DNA of 64,000 nucleotides from a virus. Every line of letters begins with the position of its first letter. The stretch's first letter is position 1. Shown one piece after another: positions 1 through 9,079 of the stretch. The stretch spans positions 1 through 64,000 of the IMG/VR virus record IMGVR_UViG_3300005805_000045. One strand, given 5' to 3'. The translations under genes and the position numbers were made by a program. The notes beneath the pieces are model-generated. The model saw nothing but the letters and a program-made list of their open reading frames with translations, searched no databases and was not told where the DNA came from.

Positions 1-710
1 TGATAGTTCAGAAATGCTTTGGGATTGAAATCAACTTCAATCGTTGGGCTACCCCAGTATATAGGAATTGTTTTGGCACACAGAGCTTCGTATAGTTTCT
101 CGGTAGCATAACCAGGATAGCTGCTGTTCTCAAAGCACAGATTGAACTTGTATGAGTTTAGAAACTTGATCTTCGCTTGAACTGACTCTTCGCCACGTGG
201 CAAAATGTATCCGATGTTGTTGAAGAGTGGTCCACCAGAGGCAACTTGACGATATTCATTTAGCTTGTGAAACCACTTGTTGCGCATCTCACATCCACCG
301 TTCTTGACAACAAACGAACAGAATTCCTTACGTTCATTCAAGTCAGATGGAGAACGTCGAATTGTACTTGTGTTAGGCACATCTCTAAAGTGGTTGTCAT
401 AGTCATAGATCACATACAGAGGCAGACGATAATTCTTGCCATCAAATTCATGATGATCGAATGAGATTGAAAAGTGGCAACGATAATCCCAAGGACGCTC
501 GTTCTCGCCTGTGTAAAAAATCTTGAGGCAGTTCTTGTTGTCATAGTTGACATTGTTGCTGCCAAAGTTCTTGTCACCAAAAATGAGATAGTCGGGATTT
601 GCATCATCCCGCACTACCTCAAATCTTTCAGAGAGGATTTTGGTGAAGAAGTTTTCGACTCCACCAAACGTATCAGTGAAACCCAGTTTGAGTTTTTTCA
701 TTTGATTCAT
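1..710 (-). CDS. GT10 (alpha-1,3-fucosyltransferase-like) glycosyltransferase, 3' end outside window
   Basis: Missing from the ORF track; hand translation from ATG 710 (ATGA overlap with upstream stop) gives MNQMKKLKLGFTDTF...KIFYTGENERP...YKFNLCFENSSYPGYATEKLYEA...IPIYWGS, the GT10 signature. Confidence 0.88.
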   Translation of the reverse strand, partial: MNQMKKLKLGFTDTFGGVENFFTKILSERFEVVRDDANPDYLIFGDKNFGSNNVNYDNKNCLKIFYTGENERPWDYRCHFSISFDHHEFDGKNYRLPLYVIYDYDNHFRDVPNTSTIRRSPSDLNERKEFCSFVVKNGGCEMRNKWFHKLNEYRQVASGGPLFNNIGYILPRGEESVQAKIKFLNSYKFNLCFENSSYPGYATEKLYEALCAKTIPIYWGSPTIEVDFNPKAFLNY

Positions 711-1729
711 CCTTGATACTCTTCAAACACATAACCCTTTCTGAGCCAGAAGGGATGTCTTGATATGCGTTTCATGTTGCACACGGAAGCTACTGTAAAT
801 GGATTGGTCTCATGATTGATAGACATGAAGTTTTTGGTGTTGCGCTTCATGGCATCACAATATTCTCTGGCCGAAGTCTCATTCATCTCGGTCATACTGT
901 CAACGTTGACGACCAGATCATACTCTCCTGTGAATGCTTTGGGTGCAATCAGATCAACCTTCTCTTTCTGGTTCACTGACAGGAAATACATCTGAGAAAC
1001 TGAGATGGTGGGCAGATCAACAATCGTGATATTCTTGAAGCCCAGCTTGGTAAGATAGTACGCCAGATGACCTACACCACCACCGATCTCACAAATCTTT
1101 ATTTCTTTGTTGTCATATCTTTCACGAATCAACAAAGCCACACCAAGAGACATGAAGTCTCTTTCATTGTACAAACCATAACTCGTGCTCAGTCCAAATA
1201 GGTTGCCTGAATACTTGGGTGCTGACACGTCAAATTCATATTTCTTCATCAGCGTGTCCAGATAGTATTCTGGCAAAACCTCAAAGTGGCGATCAAAGCG
1301 TTTGACGAAATAGTATTCTTCTGGAGAGAACATAGGCACAATGCCAGTCATCTCCATGAGAGTGATTAGCTTGTCATAATAAACATGAGCATAGCTGTTT
1401 TGTGTGCTTTGATTATTGACCAGCATCTGATAGTGCTCGTCGCCTTGTGCTGTGCCGTGCGTCAAAGGAGACGAGAACAGATTCTTTAGTGTGAGATGCA
1501 GAAAGCGAAAGTCTTTGTTGAGCAAGGCATCAATGATTTTCTGTTGACGTGCTACATTTGCAAACCACACAGAGTTTTCGTATGAGACATTTTCTGATTT
1601 CAGCCTGTCGATGAAATAATCACAGATACGATTGAGTAGTTCATCATCTTGTGTTTCAAGAGCCTTTCCCCAACCTGTTGTATATTTACCCACATTTACT
1701 GGATGAGATACCATCAAATCAAATAGCAT
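707..1729 (-). CDS. Putative sugar O-methyltransferase (class I SAM)
   Basis: SAM motif ICEIGGGVGHLA, TIVDLP, YDLVVNVDSMTEM; glycan operon context. Confidence 0.7.
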   Translation of the reverse strand: MLFDLMVSHPVNVGKYTTGWGKALETQDDELLNRICDYFIDRLKSENVSYENSVWFANVARQQKIIDALLNKDFRFLHLTLKNLFSSPLTHGTAQGDEHYQMLVNNQSTQNSYAHVYYDKLITLMEMTGIVPMFSPEEYYFVKRFDRHFEVLPEYYLDTLMKKYEFDVSAPKYSGNLFGLSTSYGLYNERDFMSLGVALLIRERYDNKEIKICEIGGGVGHLAYYLTKLGFKNITIVDLPTISVSQMYFLSVNQKEKVDLIAPKAFTGEYDLVVNVDSMTEMNETSAREYCDAMKRNTKNFMSINHETNPFTVASVCNMKRISRHPFWLRKGYVFEEYQG

Positions 1730-1741
1730 AATATATCCTTA

Positions 1742-2773
1742 TCAATCGTTGTTTACTTGTTCCATAATCCACTTGTATGTCAGTGCTAGACCAACTTCTA
1801 GTGAGTAGCTAGGTTTCCAGCCAAGTTTTTCTTCGATCAAACGATTATCAGAGTTGCGTCCACGGACACCAGTAGGACCATCAATATGATTCTTGGTCAG
1901 TGTCTTGTTACCAATCAGACAAGCAATATCAACAAGACGATTTATCGTGACCATCTCTTCAGAGCCAATGTTGACTGGACCCATGAAGTCAGATTCCATG
2001 AGCTTTCTTACAGCATCAATGCAATCGTTGATATACAGGAATGATCGTGTTTGATTGCCGTCACCCCAGATTTCAATGCTGTCTTTTGCTTCGATCACCT
2101 TGCGGCAGATAGCAGCAGGAGCTTTCTCTTTGCCACCCTTCCATGTGCCAAGTGGACCATAGATGTTATGAAAGCGAGCAATACGAACAGGAATATCATA
2201 GTTGCGATGATACGCCAAGTATAGACGCTCAGAAAACAGCTTCTCCCAACCATACTCACTATCTGGATTGGCTGGGTATGCAGAGTCTTCAGCACAGTTT
2301 GGGTTGTCAGGATCAAGCTGGTTATGCTCTGGATACATGCAAGCCGAAGACGAATAGAAAATTTTGGGTAGCTTCTGGTCGATCATCTGTCTATGATGCT
2401 TGACAACAGCGTCCAGCACATTGAGATTGATCGTGGCTGAGTTGTGCATGACGTTGGCATCATGCTCGCCTGTGAAGATGTATCCTGCACCACCCATGTC
2501 TGCTGCAAACTGATAAATTTCGTCAAACGGAACATCGAATCGACGAGCAAATGTCTGATGTGGATTACGCTCACATCCAGCATATGAAACAAGTTCATAG
2601 ACTTCTCGGGCATCACGAAGATCACGAAGCACAAAATGATCTGCCTTAGATGGGGAAAACTCGGGATATTTCATGTCTACTGCCCGCACCCAGTAGCCTT
2701 CTTCTTTGAGTCGTGTCACCATATGATTGCCGATGAAGCCACCAGCGCCTAACACCAATGCAGTTTTTTTCAT
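1742..2773 (-). CDS. NAD-dependent epimerase, GDP-mannose 3,5-epimerase-like
   Basis: GAGGFIG, AADMGGAG, YSSSACMYP, YGWEK (YxxxK), RFHNIYGP, EKAPAAICRK, GVRGRNSDN. Confidence 0.88.
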   Translation of the reverse strand: MKKTALVLGAGGFIGNHMVTRLKEEGYWVRAVDMKYPEFSPSKADHFVLRDLRDAREVYELVSYAGCERNPHQTFARRFDVPFDEIYQFAADMGGAGYIFTGEHDANVMHNSATINLNVLDAVVKHHRQMIDQKLPKIFYSSSACMYPEHNQLDPDNPNCAEDSAYPANPDSEYGWEKLFSERLYLAYHRNYDIPVRIARFHNIYGPLGTWKGGKEKAPAAICRKVIEAKDSIEIWGDGNQTRSFLYINDCIDAVRKLMESDFMGPVNIGSEEMVTINRLVDIACLIGNKTLTKNHIDGPTGVRGRNSDNRLIEEKLGWKPSYSLEVGLALTYKWIMEQVNND

Positions 2774-2775
2774 GA

Positions 2776-3306
2776 TTACCTCTTATACCAGAACCAGCAT
2801 CCATTTGAAACAAGAATAGGAGTACCGATTTTGTTTTTACGACGAAAATTCGAGAGAGAAACTTTTACTCGATCTAAGTGGTGCTCATTACCACAAAAAA
2901 TACCATTTGACTTAACAGTATCATAATACTTTTCTAGGTTAGAGTCAAGATCAGAATCAGCATGAACACATACAACATGAGCAGACCCATTGAAATTAGC
3001 AAGAGAAATTCTGCCCAGTCCTTCCACGTTTCTTTTGAGGATTTCTTCATATCCCTGAAATTCTTCTTGTCTCTGGGAATCATAAGATATAACTCCATAA
3101 ATTTTTTTTATCTTGTTTTCAGTGTCTTTTTCAAGAAGATATGCTGCATTTTCTCCCTTCATAACACCAACATCAATTACTTTGAGGTCTGTTTCCTTAA
3201 GTCTTTTAATGTATGGCCAGATGCCATGTGCAACAATATCACTTGGTGGCCATAACCCCATCTCTTTAGACTGGGTGATGGAAAATTGTGTTGGATCCAT
3301 TAGCAT
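2776..3306 (-). CDS. Degenerate class I methyltransferase-like protein
   Basis: VIDVGVMKGEN and VKSNGIFCGNEH resemble Methyltransf_24 motifs; ATG 3306 follows GGAG. Confidence 0.5.
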   Translation of the reverse strand: MLMDPTQFSITQSKEMGLWPPSDIVAHGIWPYIKRLKETDLKVIDVGVMKGENAAYLLEKDTENKIKKIYGVISYDSQRQEEFQGYEEILKRNVEGLGRISLANFNGSAHVVCVHADSDLDSNLEKYYDTVKSNGIFCGNEHHLDRVKVSLSNFRRKNKIGTPILVSNGCWFWYKR

Positions 3307-4213
3307 TACTATCTCCATAAAGTTGTTCGATTCGCTGTTTCAAAAATGGAATACGGTCATATTGATGCACAATCACATAAGGCATTTTGTCTTCGTTATA
3401 TACTAGACCGTTTTCACCAAACACAGGCTGCTTGTCTTCATATGACAGTTGATATTTGAGAAGATTAGTTGGATTATCTCCAAGAGTTTTGCCTAGATCA
3501 CCAGCACCTGCTTTGACTGCTTCAATCGTTGTGCCAAGATTTGCTGCCCAATCATCTTCCATAGATGTAAAGTATGTATCAATTCTCCATGGATCAGTTT
3601 GAACGATAAAGTTGAATACAGCTTGATCAACAATTGGAATAGGACGATTGACACTCAAATGAAAAATGAAGGAAAGCAGGCCCTTCATGTGTGCGAACTC
3701 ACCAGCCAGCACACCGACATTGTAGATATAGTTCTCTTTGAGAATATGATGAAAGTATGGTCCAAATGCTTCTAGAAGATTTTGATTCCCCCATGGCTCA
3801 TTCTTATATCGCAAACCTTCAGATGCACACACGATAGGATACATCTGTAGACCACGTTCTAACCATGTTGATGGATTGCGCTGAAACACAACATCTCTTG
3901 TATCTGTTGTGATGACATAACGATATGCTTCTTTTGTTGACTTGAGATATTCCCATAGATAGAAGAATCGTTCGACATGTGGTGCATTATTGCTAGGTGC
4001 TTCAACATCACCATTTTCTTTACGGGTACCATAAAGATTGAGCATCACACCTTCTTGTGTAAGTCTCTTGATGGTTTCTGCTTTGAGATTGGTACCAACA
4101 AGAACCACATCACCTTCAAATCCACTCTTGCGAATTGAGTTAATCCAGTATTTCAGATCATCCCACGTGTAGCCTACTGCTGCACCAATAATCAAGTCTT
4201 TCATCATGTTCAT
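3266..4213 (-). CDS. Glycosyltransferase-like protein (GT-A)
   Basis: VITTDTRDVVFQ, YNVGVLAG, DQAVFN, IVHQYDR. Confidence 0.6.
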   Translation of the reverse strand: MNMMKDLIIGAAVGYTWDDLKYWINSIRKSGFEGDVVLVGTNLKAETIKRLTQEGVMLNLYGTRKENGDVEAPSNNAPHVERFFYLWEYLKSTKEAYRYVITTDTRDVVFQRNPSTWLERGLQMYPIVCASEGLRYKNEPWGNQNLLEAFGPYFHHILKENYIYNVGVLAGEFAHMKGLLSFIFHLSVNRPIPIVDQAVFNFIVQTDPWRIDTYFTSMEDDWAANLGTTIEAVKAGAGDLGKTLGDNPTNLLKYQLSYEDKQPVFGENGLVYNEDKMPYVIVHQYDRIPFLKQRIEQLYGDSNANGSNTIFHHPV

Positions 4214-4929
4214 CCTCTAAAAAGATAGAAATCGTCCCATCGTGACAATTGCGTAAACTTTCTCTCATACTTATGCTTGCTCATAAGATCAAACAATTTT
4301 TGTCTCATACTCTCATTATAGTTATGCTCGATTGTAATGCATCTAATCATATGATCGTCAGCATGATCTGTAAAGTAAGCATTCAAAATATCATACTCAC
4401 TGCCTTCTGTATCTATCGACATATAATCAATTTCATATGGTGCAGACTTGAGCATGTCAGCAAGTGAGATCGTGTTTACTTCAAAAGTCTTACCACTCTT
4501 ACGAATATGGCTGTGTTCATCATCTTCACCAAATCCTTTAATAGTAGAAAGTGCTGGATCAGGTGCATCAACAAACTGCAATGTCTTACCAGTTTCAGTG
4601 TATACGCAGTCTTTGACAATTTTTGCTTTTCGATTTTTGATTAGATCATCGTGCCACACAACATTTGGTTCAGCAAGAATGCCAGTCCATCCATATTTTT
4701 CTTCAAGCAGAAACGTGTTACTTCCATCTACTCCATTTGTAGCACCAAACTCAACAAAGAAAGCATTGTGTTTGAAACCGTTCTCATACAATGCCCAAAT
4801 GTCTTGAAAATTCTGTGAGTTTGTTTGATTCAATCTAGCCAAACAATGGCCTAGAAAGCAAATATGCTCATCATCTTTATATTGATCACGGAGAGAATAG
4901 AGTAGTGATTGAATACTTACTTGTGCCAT
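4210..4929 (-). CDS. FkbM-family methyltransferase
   Basis: FVEFGATNG, GILAEPN, IDYMSIDTEGSEYDIL, ITIEHN. Confidence 0.88.
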   Translation of the reverse strand: MAQVSIQSLLYSLRDQYKDDEHICFLGHCLARLNQTNSQNFQDIWALYENGFKHNAFFVEFGATNGVDGSNTFLLEEKYGWTGILAEPNVVWHDDLIKNRKAKIVKDCVYTETGKTLQFVDAPDPALSTIKGFGEDDEHSHIRKSGKTFEVNTISLADMLKSAPYEIDYMSIDTEGSEYDILNAYFTDHADDHMIRCITIEHNYNESMRQKLFDLMSKHKYERKFTQLSRWDDFYLFRG

Positions 4930-5657
4930 GGATAAACTCCACCATATTTTTGTTTCACGATTTCATTGCCTCGTTCAAAGAACTTCATATCGCCACCATA
5001 TGCTTTTTGCATGTCTGGTAGTCTGTAATTTAATGTGTGAAATCCTGTTGTGTCATAGTTATTGTGTTTGAGTACCTGTGTTAGAATGCTAAAAAAGTGA
5101 CGATCACCGCCCCAACCATGATACCAATGTTGACAGACTTGAATTAAAAAATCTCTACGGAACATATAGGATGATGTATCAACGAGATGTTGTGGATTCT
5201 TTTCGTCAGAGAAAAAGATAGGCCAACGACCTAAACTTTCGCAGCAATCATCAGCCAGATATTCGTCTTCGACATATACTTTGCGCAGTGAATGTGCCCA
5301 GTCTAGATTCTTTGCTTGAATTTTGGAAACAAGTGAATCAACGTGATTCTCGTCCCACCAGTTATCTGCATCTAGAAAAGCAACAAAATCTTGATTAACA
5401 AGATGGGGATACGAAGCATAGATACGATGACCATAATAACCACCACCGCCTGTGTTTTCCGGTGTGACTGTCAGTAGAACATTATATGGAACATACTTTC
5501 TAGCTTGTTCAAGATACTCCGGACCATCAACAACAATAATGTGTGTGATGTTTCGATATGTTTGTTTTTTTACACTTTCAATTGCTTGTACTAGATTCTT
5601 TTCACCGATCGTAGGCGTAATCACAGCCACAGAAGACTCAATAATCAATCTCATCAT
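4917..5657 (-). CDS. GT2-family glycosyltransferase
   Basis: VAVITPT, IIVVDG, FVAFLDADNWW (DxD). Confidence 0.85.
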   Translation of the reverse strand: MMRLIIESSVAVITPTIGEKNLVQAIESVKKQTYRNITHIIVVDGPEYLEQARKYVPYNVLLTVTPENTGGGGYYGHRIYASYPHLVNQDFVAFLDADNWWDENHVDSLVSKIQAKNLDWAHSLRKVYVEDEYLADDCCESLGRWPIFFSDEKNPQHLVDTSSYMFRRDFLIQVCQHWYHGWGGDRHFFSILTQVLKHNNYDTTGFHTLNYRLPDMQKAYGGDMKFFERGNEIVKQKYGGVYPWHK

Positions 5658-5662
5658 TTACC

Positions 5663-7033
5663 TCAAAGTTTGGAAAATTGCCAATGCATCCAATCGTAAT
5701 CACGTTCTTTGCCTAGAGAAATAGCTCCTTCGTCATAAACAAATTGCCAGAACTTATCATAGGCTGATTTACTTAGTGTAGCTTGTTTTGCGTTCATTGT
5801 CAATGTATTTCTTTCGGGGTCGATATCTACAGCAATACCCCAGGAATGCGTTGACCAGGAAGAACCACCACGCATCTTACGAACATTTAAACAACCACCA
5901 AAGTAATGCAATCTGAGTTGAACAATCTTGTCATATCCATAATGCTCTAATGTGCGATTCCAAATACGTTCCATTGGTTGTTTGACAAGCTCATGGCAGC
6001 TATAGCTTGTGAGAGTTGTCTTAGGATCCCATGCAAGTACCATCTTGAATGGGACTTGACATTTGACTTGTCGAGTGCCCACGTTGCCATAGTAGTTAGC
6101 AACGTTTGATTGTCGGGGCCACAGTGCTTGTTGCTTTAAGTTTGATACTAGGGCCACAGACGCAAGCTTAGTTGTCTTTGGTGCACACTCAGGAAAGATT
6201 TTAGTCCAATCTCCTGTTGCACCTTTCTTGAATGCTTCACGGGCTTCTTGTGGACGATCTTTGAGACCAAACCAGTGATTGCGCATAGCTTTGATTGCGG
6301 CTTCTAATGCTTCACTTGATCCTGACTTGAGATTTTCATACACTTCACCATACTTCATTTGTAACCGTAGATGCATGGCAATCGTTTGTTGCTCGATTGT
6401 TGATGTACCACCTTTGCCACCACCATTGAGATGCTTTGCGACTTCAGGATCGATACCTGCTTTGATCATTTGCTTTACGTCTAGACCGTTGTTTTGATAG
6501 TATCCATAATCAGCACCATCTTGTCCATATTGCTTGACGTTTGCGTTGTTAGAGGCTTTGTTGTAGGCTTCTGAATACGCTTCTTTCTGTGAGAAGTCAG
6601 TTTCTGTCTCACCGATACCACGAATGAATGCCAATTGATATGGATTGATGTATGGTAGATCAAGATTCTTGCGATCAGGAATCTTTGGAGCAACCTTGGA
6701 CTCTTCTTTCTTTACATAGATTTGGTCTGCTTTATCTCGCCATGTTGATACGAGTTTGGCTTGATACTGTTCACGGGCATATGATAACATCGGTCCAGCA
6801 AGACCATCGATAGCACCAACTTCTAGTTTTTGTGATTGGTAGAGCAATTGTTCTGCTGCGATAATCTTGCGATCTTTGGACCATGTATTTTTTACCATGA
6901 TTCCTTTTGAATCGAGAAGATCATCAATCGCAGCAATAGATTTAGGACCTAGCTTGCCATCTAGTTCACCTTTATAGAGACCAGCATCGGCAAGCATCTT
7001 TTGAATTTCAACTTTGGCATTTACAACTGGCAT
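5663..7033 (-). CDS. Modular endolysin: peptidoglycan-binding + lambda-R-like lysozyme + M15 peptidase
   Basis: LYKGELDGKLGPKS and GAIDGLAGP PG-binding repeats; LAFIRGIGETE...GYYQ...NHWFGL; C-terminal WSTHSWGIAVDID...DWMHWQ; ATG 7033 follows GGAG. Confidence 0.8.
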   Translation of the reverse strand: MPVVNAKVEIQKMLADAGLYKGELDGKLGPKSIAAIDDLLDSKGIMVKNTWSKDRKIIAAEQLLYQSQKLEVGAIDGLAGPMLSYAREQYQAKLVSTWRDKADQIYVKKEESKVAPKIPDRKNLDLPYINPYQLAFIRGIGETETDFSQKEAYSEAYNKASNNANVKQYGQDGADYGYYQNNGLDVKQMIKAGIDPEVAKHLNGGGKGGTSTIEQQTIAMHLRLQMKYGEVYENLKSGSSEALEAAIKAMRNHWFGLKDRPQEAREAFKKGATGDWTKIFPECAPKTTKLASVALVSNLKQQALWPRQSNVANYYGNVGTRQVKCQVPFKMVLAWDPKTTLTSYSCHELVKQPMERIWNRTLEHYGYDKIVQLRLHYFGGCLNVRKMRGGSSWSTHSWGIAVDIDPERNTLTMNAKQATLSKSAYDKFWQFVYDEGAISLGKERDYDWMHWQFSKL

Positions 7034-7072
7034 GTTCAATCTCCATAACAAACTTATAGTATATAGTTAAAG

Positions 7073-7100
7073 AAAAAGCAGGGAGATTATCTCTCCCTGC
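7073..7100 (-). terminator. Rho-independent terminator after hsp20
   Basis: Minus strand GCAGGGAGA-gataa-TCTCCCTGC-TTTTT. Confidence 0.85.
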
Positions 7101-7124
7101 CGAACCATCTGAGGACTTTTTGTG

Positions 7125-7598
7125 TTAGTCCTCTTGAGACTTTTTTTCAGTTAGCAACTGCTTGTCTGAGGCTTCTGTACCACCAATCTCGATCTTTTTT
7201 GGACGCTTGCTTTCAGGAATGAAACGCTCAAGCCAGATTTTCAGCATACCATTGATGAGATCAGCATTCTTGACTTCAACAGTATCAGCCAACGTGAACT
7301 TACGGGTAAAAGCACGATCTGCGATGCCTTTGAACAGATAATCGGCATTCTCGTCAGTTGTGACTTGACCCTTGATAGATAGAACACCGTCTTCAAGAAC
7401 GAGTTCAATGTCCTGCTTACCAAAGCCAGCAACAGCAATCTCAATGACATACTTGTTCTCGTCAACTTTCTTGATGTTGTAAGGTGGATAGGTTGGAATC
7501 TTGGGAAGTGTTTCTGCCATTGTTTCAATACGCTTGAGAATGGTATCGAAACCAACAGAGCCTTTGGTAAGTGTGGGGAGATCGAAAGGATTATACAT
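7125..7598 (-). CDS. hsp20: Small heat shock protein Hsp20 (IbpA-like)
   Basis: YPPYNI, IEIAVAGF, YLFKGIADRAFTRKFTLA, ADLINGMLKI. Confidence 0.95.
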   Translation of the reverse strand: MYNPFDLPTLTKGSVGFDTILKRIETMAETLPKIPTYPPYNIKKVDENKYVIEIAVAGFGKQDIELVLEDGVLSIKGQVTTDENADYLFKGIADRAFTRKFTLADTVEVKNADLINGMLKIWLERFIPESKRPKKIEIGGTEASDKQLLTEKKSQED

Positions 7599-7686
7599 GT
7601 GTCAACTCCTATGTTAGCGAGCTAAGTTGTGATGCTTTCCCATTAGGCGAAAGCTGTTGAGGTACGCAACACCTTATCCTCAACGA
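7599..7686 (-). promoter_or_regulatory. ROSE-like RNA thermometer in hsp20 5' UTR
   Basis: Three hairpins; the last is CUCGCUA-ACA-UAGGAG, with a bulged G opposite the SD. Confidence 0.7.
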
Positions 7687-7689
7687 TTG

Positions 7690-7720
7690 TATTTATAATA
7701 CATTTTTGATTCCGTGTCAA
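7690..7720 (-). promoter_or_regulatory. Overlapping sigma70 and T4-late promoter for hsp20
   Basis: TTGACA (7720-7715), 17 bp, then TATAAATA (7697-7690). Confidence 0.75.
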
Positions 7721-7727
7721 GAAAAAA

Positions 7728-8084
7728 TTAGGGAAATGAGGGAATACCTCTAGGACTCCCATCAAAGGTATCTGCTGACCCAGACGATACAACATGATTG
7801 ATACCATCAAGAATATAAATATCACCTTTTCTTGCTAGTCCTTTTTGTTCGACAAAAACTAATGTAGAACATTCTACCATTGGAGGAGAATGTGTAGTGC
7901 AACAAGGCACAGGCGCAGGATGAGGAAGCATGATGTCAGTTTGTCTCACTACACCGATGTTATTTACAAAGACAGTCGCTGAACATTGATTTGTAGCGTG
8001 TGTATCTGGTTCTGCACAACAAATACCAGAACCGTCTTCTGATGCCACAGTGTCTGTTAAATTACCTCTTGCAACTTCTGGCAT
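7728..8084 (-). CDS. PAAR-like spike tip protein (gp5.4-like)
   Basis: VARGN, SATVFVNNIGVVRQTD, His/Cys cluster, LARKGD, SSGSADTF. Confidence 0.75.
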   Translation of the reverse strand: MPEVARGNLTDTVASEDGSGICCAEPDTHATNQCSATVFVNNIGVVRQTDIMLPHPAPVPCCTTHSPPMVECSTLVFVEQKGLARKGDIYILDGINHVVSSGSADTFDGSPRGIPSFP

Positions 8085-8359
8085 TATTTTTTATACCCAC
8101 TTTTTTTAAATTCAGGATTCAGATCAATTCTGGGTGATTGTTGTACCAAATGTTTACCTGAACCAATATACACATTCTCTTGTGCTTGCATTGAAATGTT
8201 CTTGGCATCAAATTCAATGTCACTATCAGTCTTGAATTTGATGCTTCTCTGACCTTCAATTGTCACATTGCTCTGTGCATCAATGCGAATGGTGACTCCC
8301 CCGTCAACCTCGATGATTGCGGGAGAGTATATTTTATAGAACTCAGGTACCTTTAGCAT
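8084..8359 (-). CDS. Hypothetical beta-rich protein resembling the gp5 C-terminus
   Basis: Short beta repeats ending SPRIDLNP; TAATG-coupled to the PAAR gene. Confidence 0.45.
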   Translation of the reverse strand: MLKVPEFYKIYSPAIIEVDGGVTIRIDAQSNVTIEGQRSIKFKTDSDIEFDAKNISMQAQENVYIGSGKHLVQQSPRIDLNPEFKKSGYKK

Positions 8360-8864
8360 TATTCACTCCTGTCGAACCCATGCCACCCTTGCGATCTGTC
8401 TTTTGTGTTGGTACTTTTTTAGATTCAGCCAACTTATAGACTTCAGACTTAATAAGTTCAGCCTGTGCGATCCGATCACCATTTTTGATGAACCAACCAT
8501 TGTCTGATCTGTTATACAGTAGCACAAATAGTTCCTGAATGTAATCAGAATCAATTACACCTTCTGAGTTAGCAAGAATCAGTCCTTGCTTGAGAGAAAG
8601 ACCAGATCGTGCATGAACACGAACAGAGAAGCCTTCTGGAATATCTAGAATGAGTCCAGTTGGTACCAAAGCACGCTCATGTGGACCAATGAAGATATTG
8701 CCATCTTTGAAAACACGAGTGAATGCTTTGTTGTAATGATTGTAACCGCTATACTCAAACTTACCAGCACTGCTAAATGAAACATCAAAGCAGGCTGACT
8801 GCTCTGTTGCAAATGCTGGTGTGATAGCGTCTGGATGTACTTTATAATATTTCAATGTTGTCAT
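8343..8864 (-). CDS. dut: Trimeric dUTPase
   Basis: SACFD, LVPTGL, ARSGLS, GVIDSDY, GDRIAQ, RKGGMGSTG; ATG 8864 follows GGAG. Confidence 0.95.
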   Translation of the reverse strand: MTTLKYYKVHPDAITPAFATEQSACFDVSFSSAGKFEYSGYNHYNKAFTRVFKDGNIFIGPHERALVPTGLILDIPEGFSVRVHARSGLSLKQGLILANSEGVIDSDYIQELFVLLYNRSDNGWFIKNGDRIAQAELIKSEVYKLAESKKVPTQKTDRKGGMGSTGVNNAKGT

Positions 8865-8880
8865 AACGAATCTCCACTGA

Positions 8881-9063
8881 TTACTTCTTTGCTTTTGGCT
8901 TCTTCTCTTTTTTGTTTTTGAACTCTGGTTGACCGTCTTTCCATTCGACTTCAACATCAGGATTTGGCTTTGGAAGTTTCTTCATAAGTTCTTTGACTTC
9001 CGCAGCCTTGTCTTTAGCAACTTCCTTCATGTTGTTCCATAAGTCTTTTACCTTCGTAAGCAT
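8881..9063 (-). CDS. Small Lys-rich hypothetical protein
   Basis: GAGG SD, fills the gap within the operon. Confidence 0.6.
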   Translation of the reverse strand: MLTKVKDLWNNMKEVAKDKAAEVKELMKKLPKPNPDVEVEWKDGQPEFKNKKEKKPKAKK

Positions 9064-9079
9064 TTTTTCCTCTTTTATG

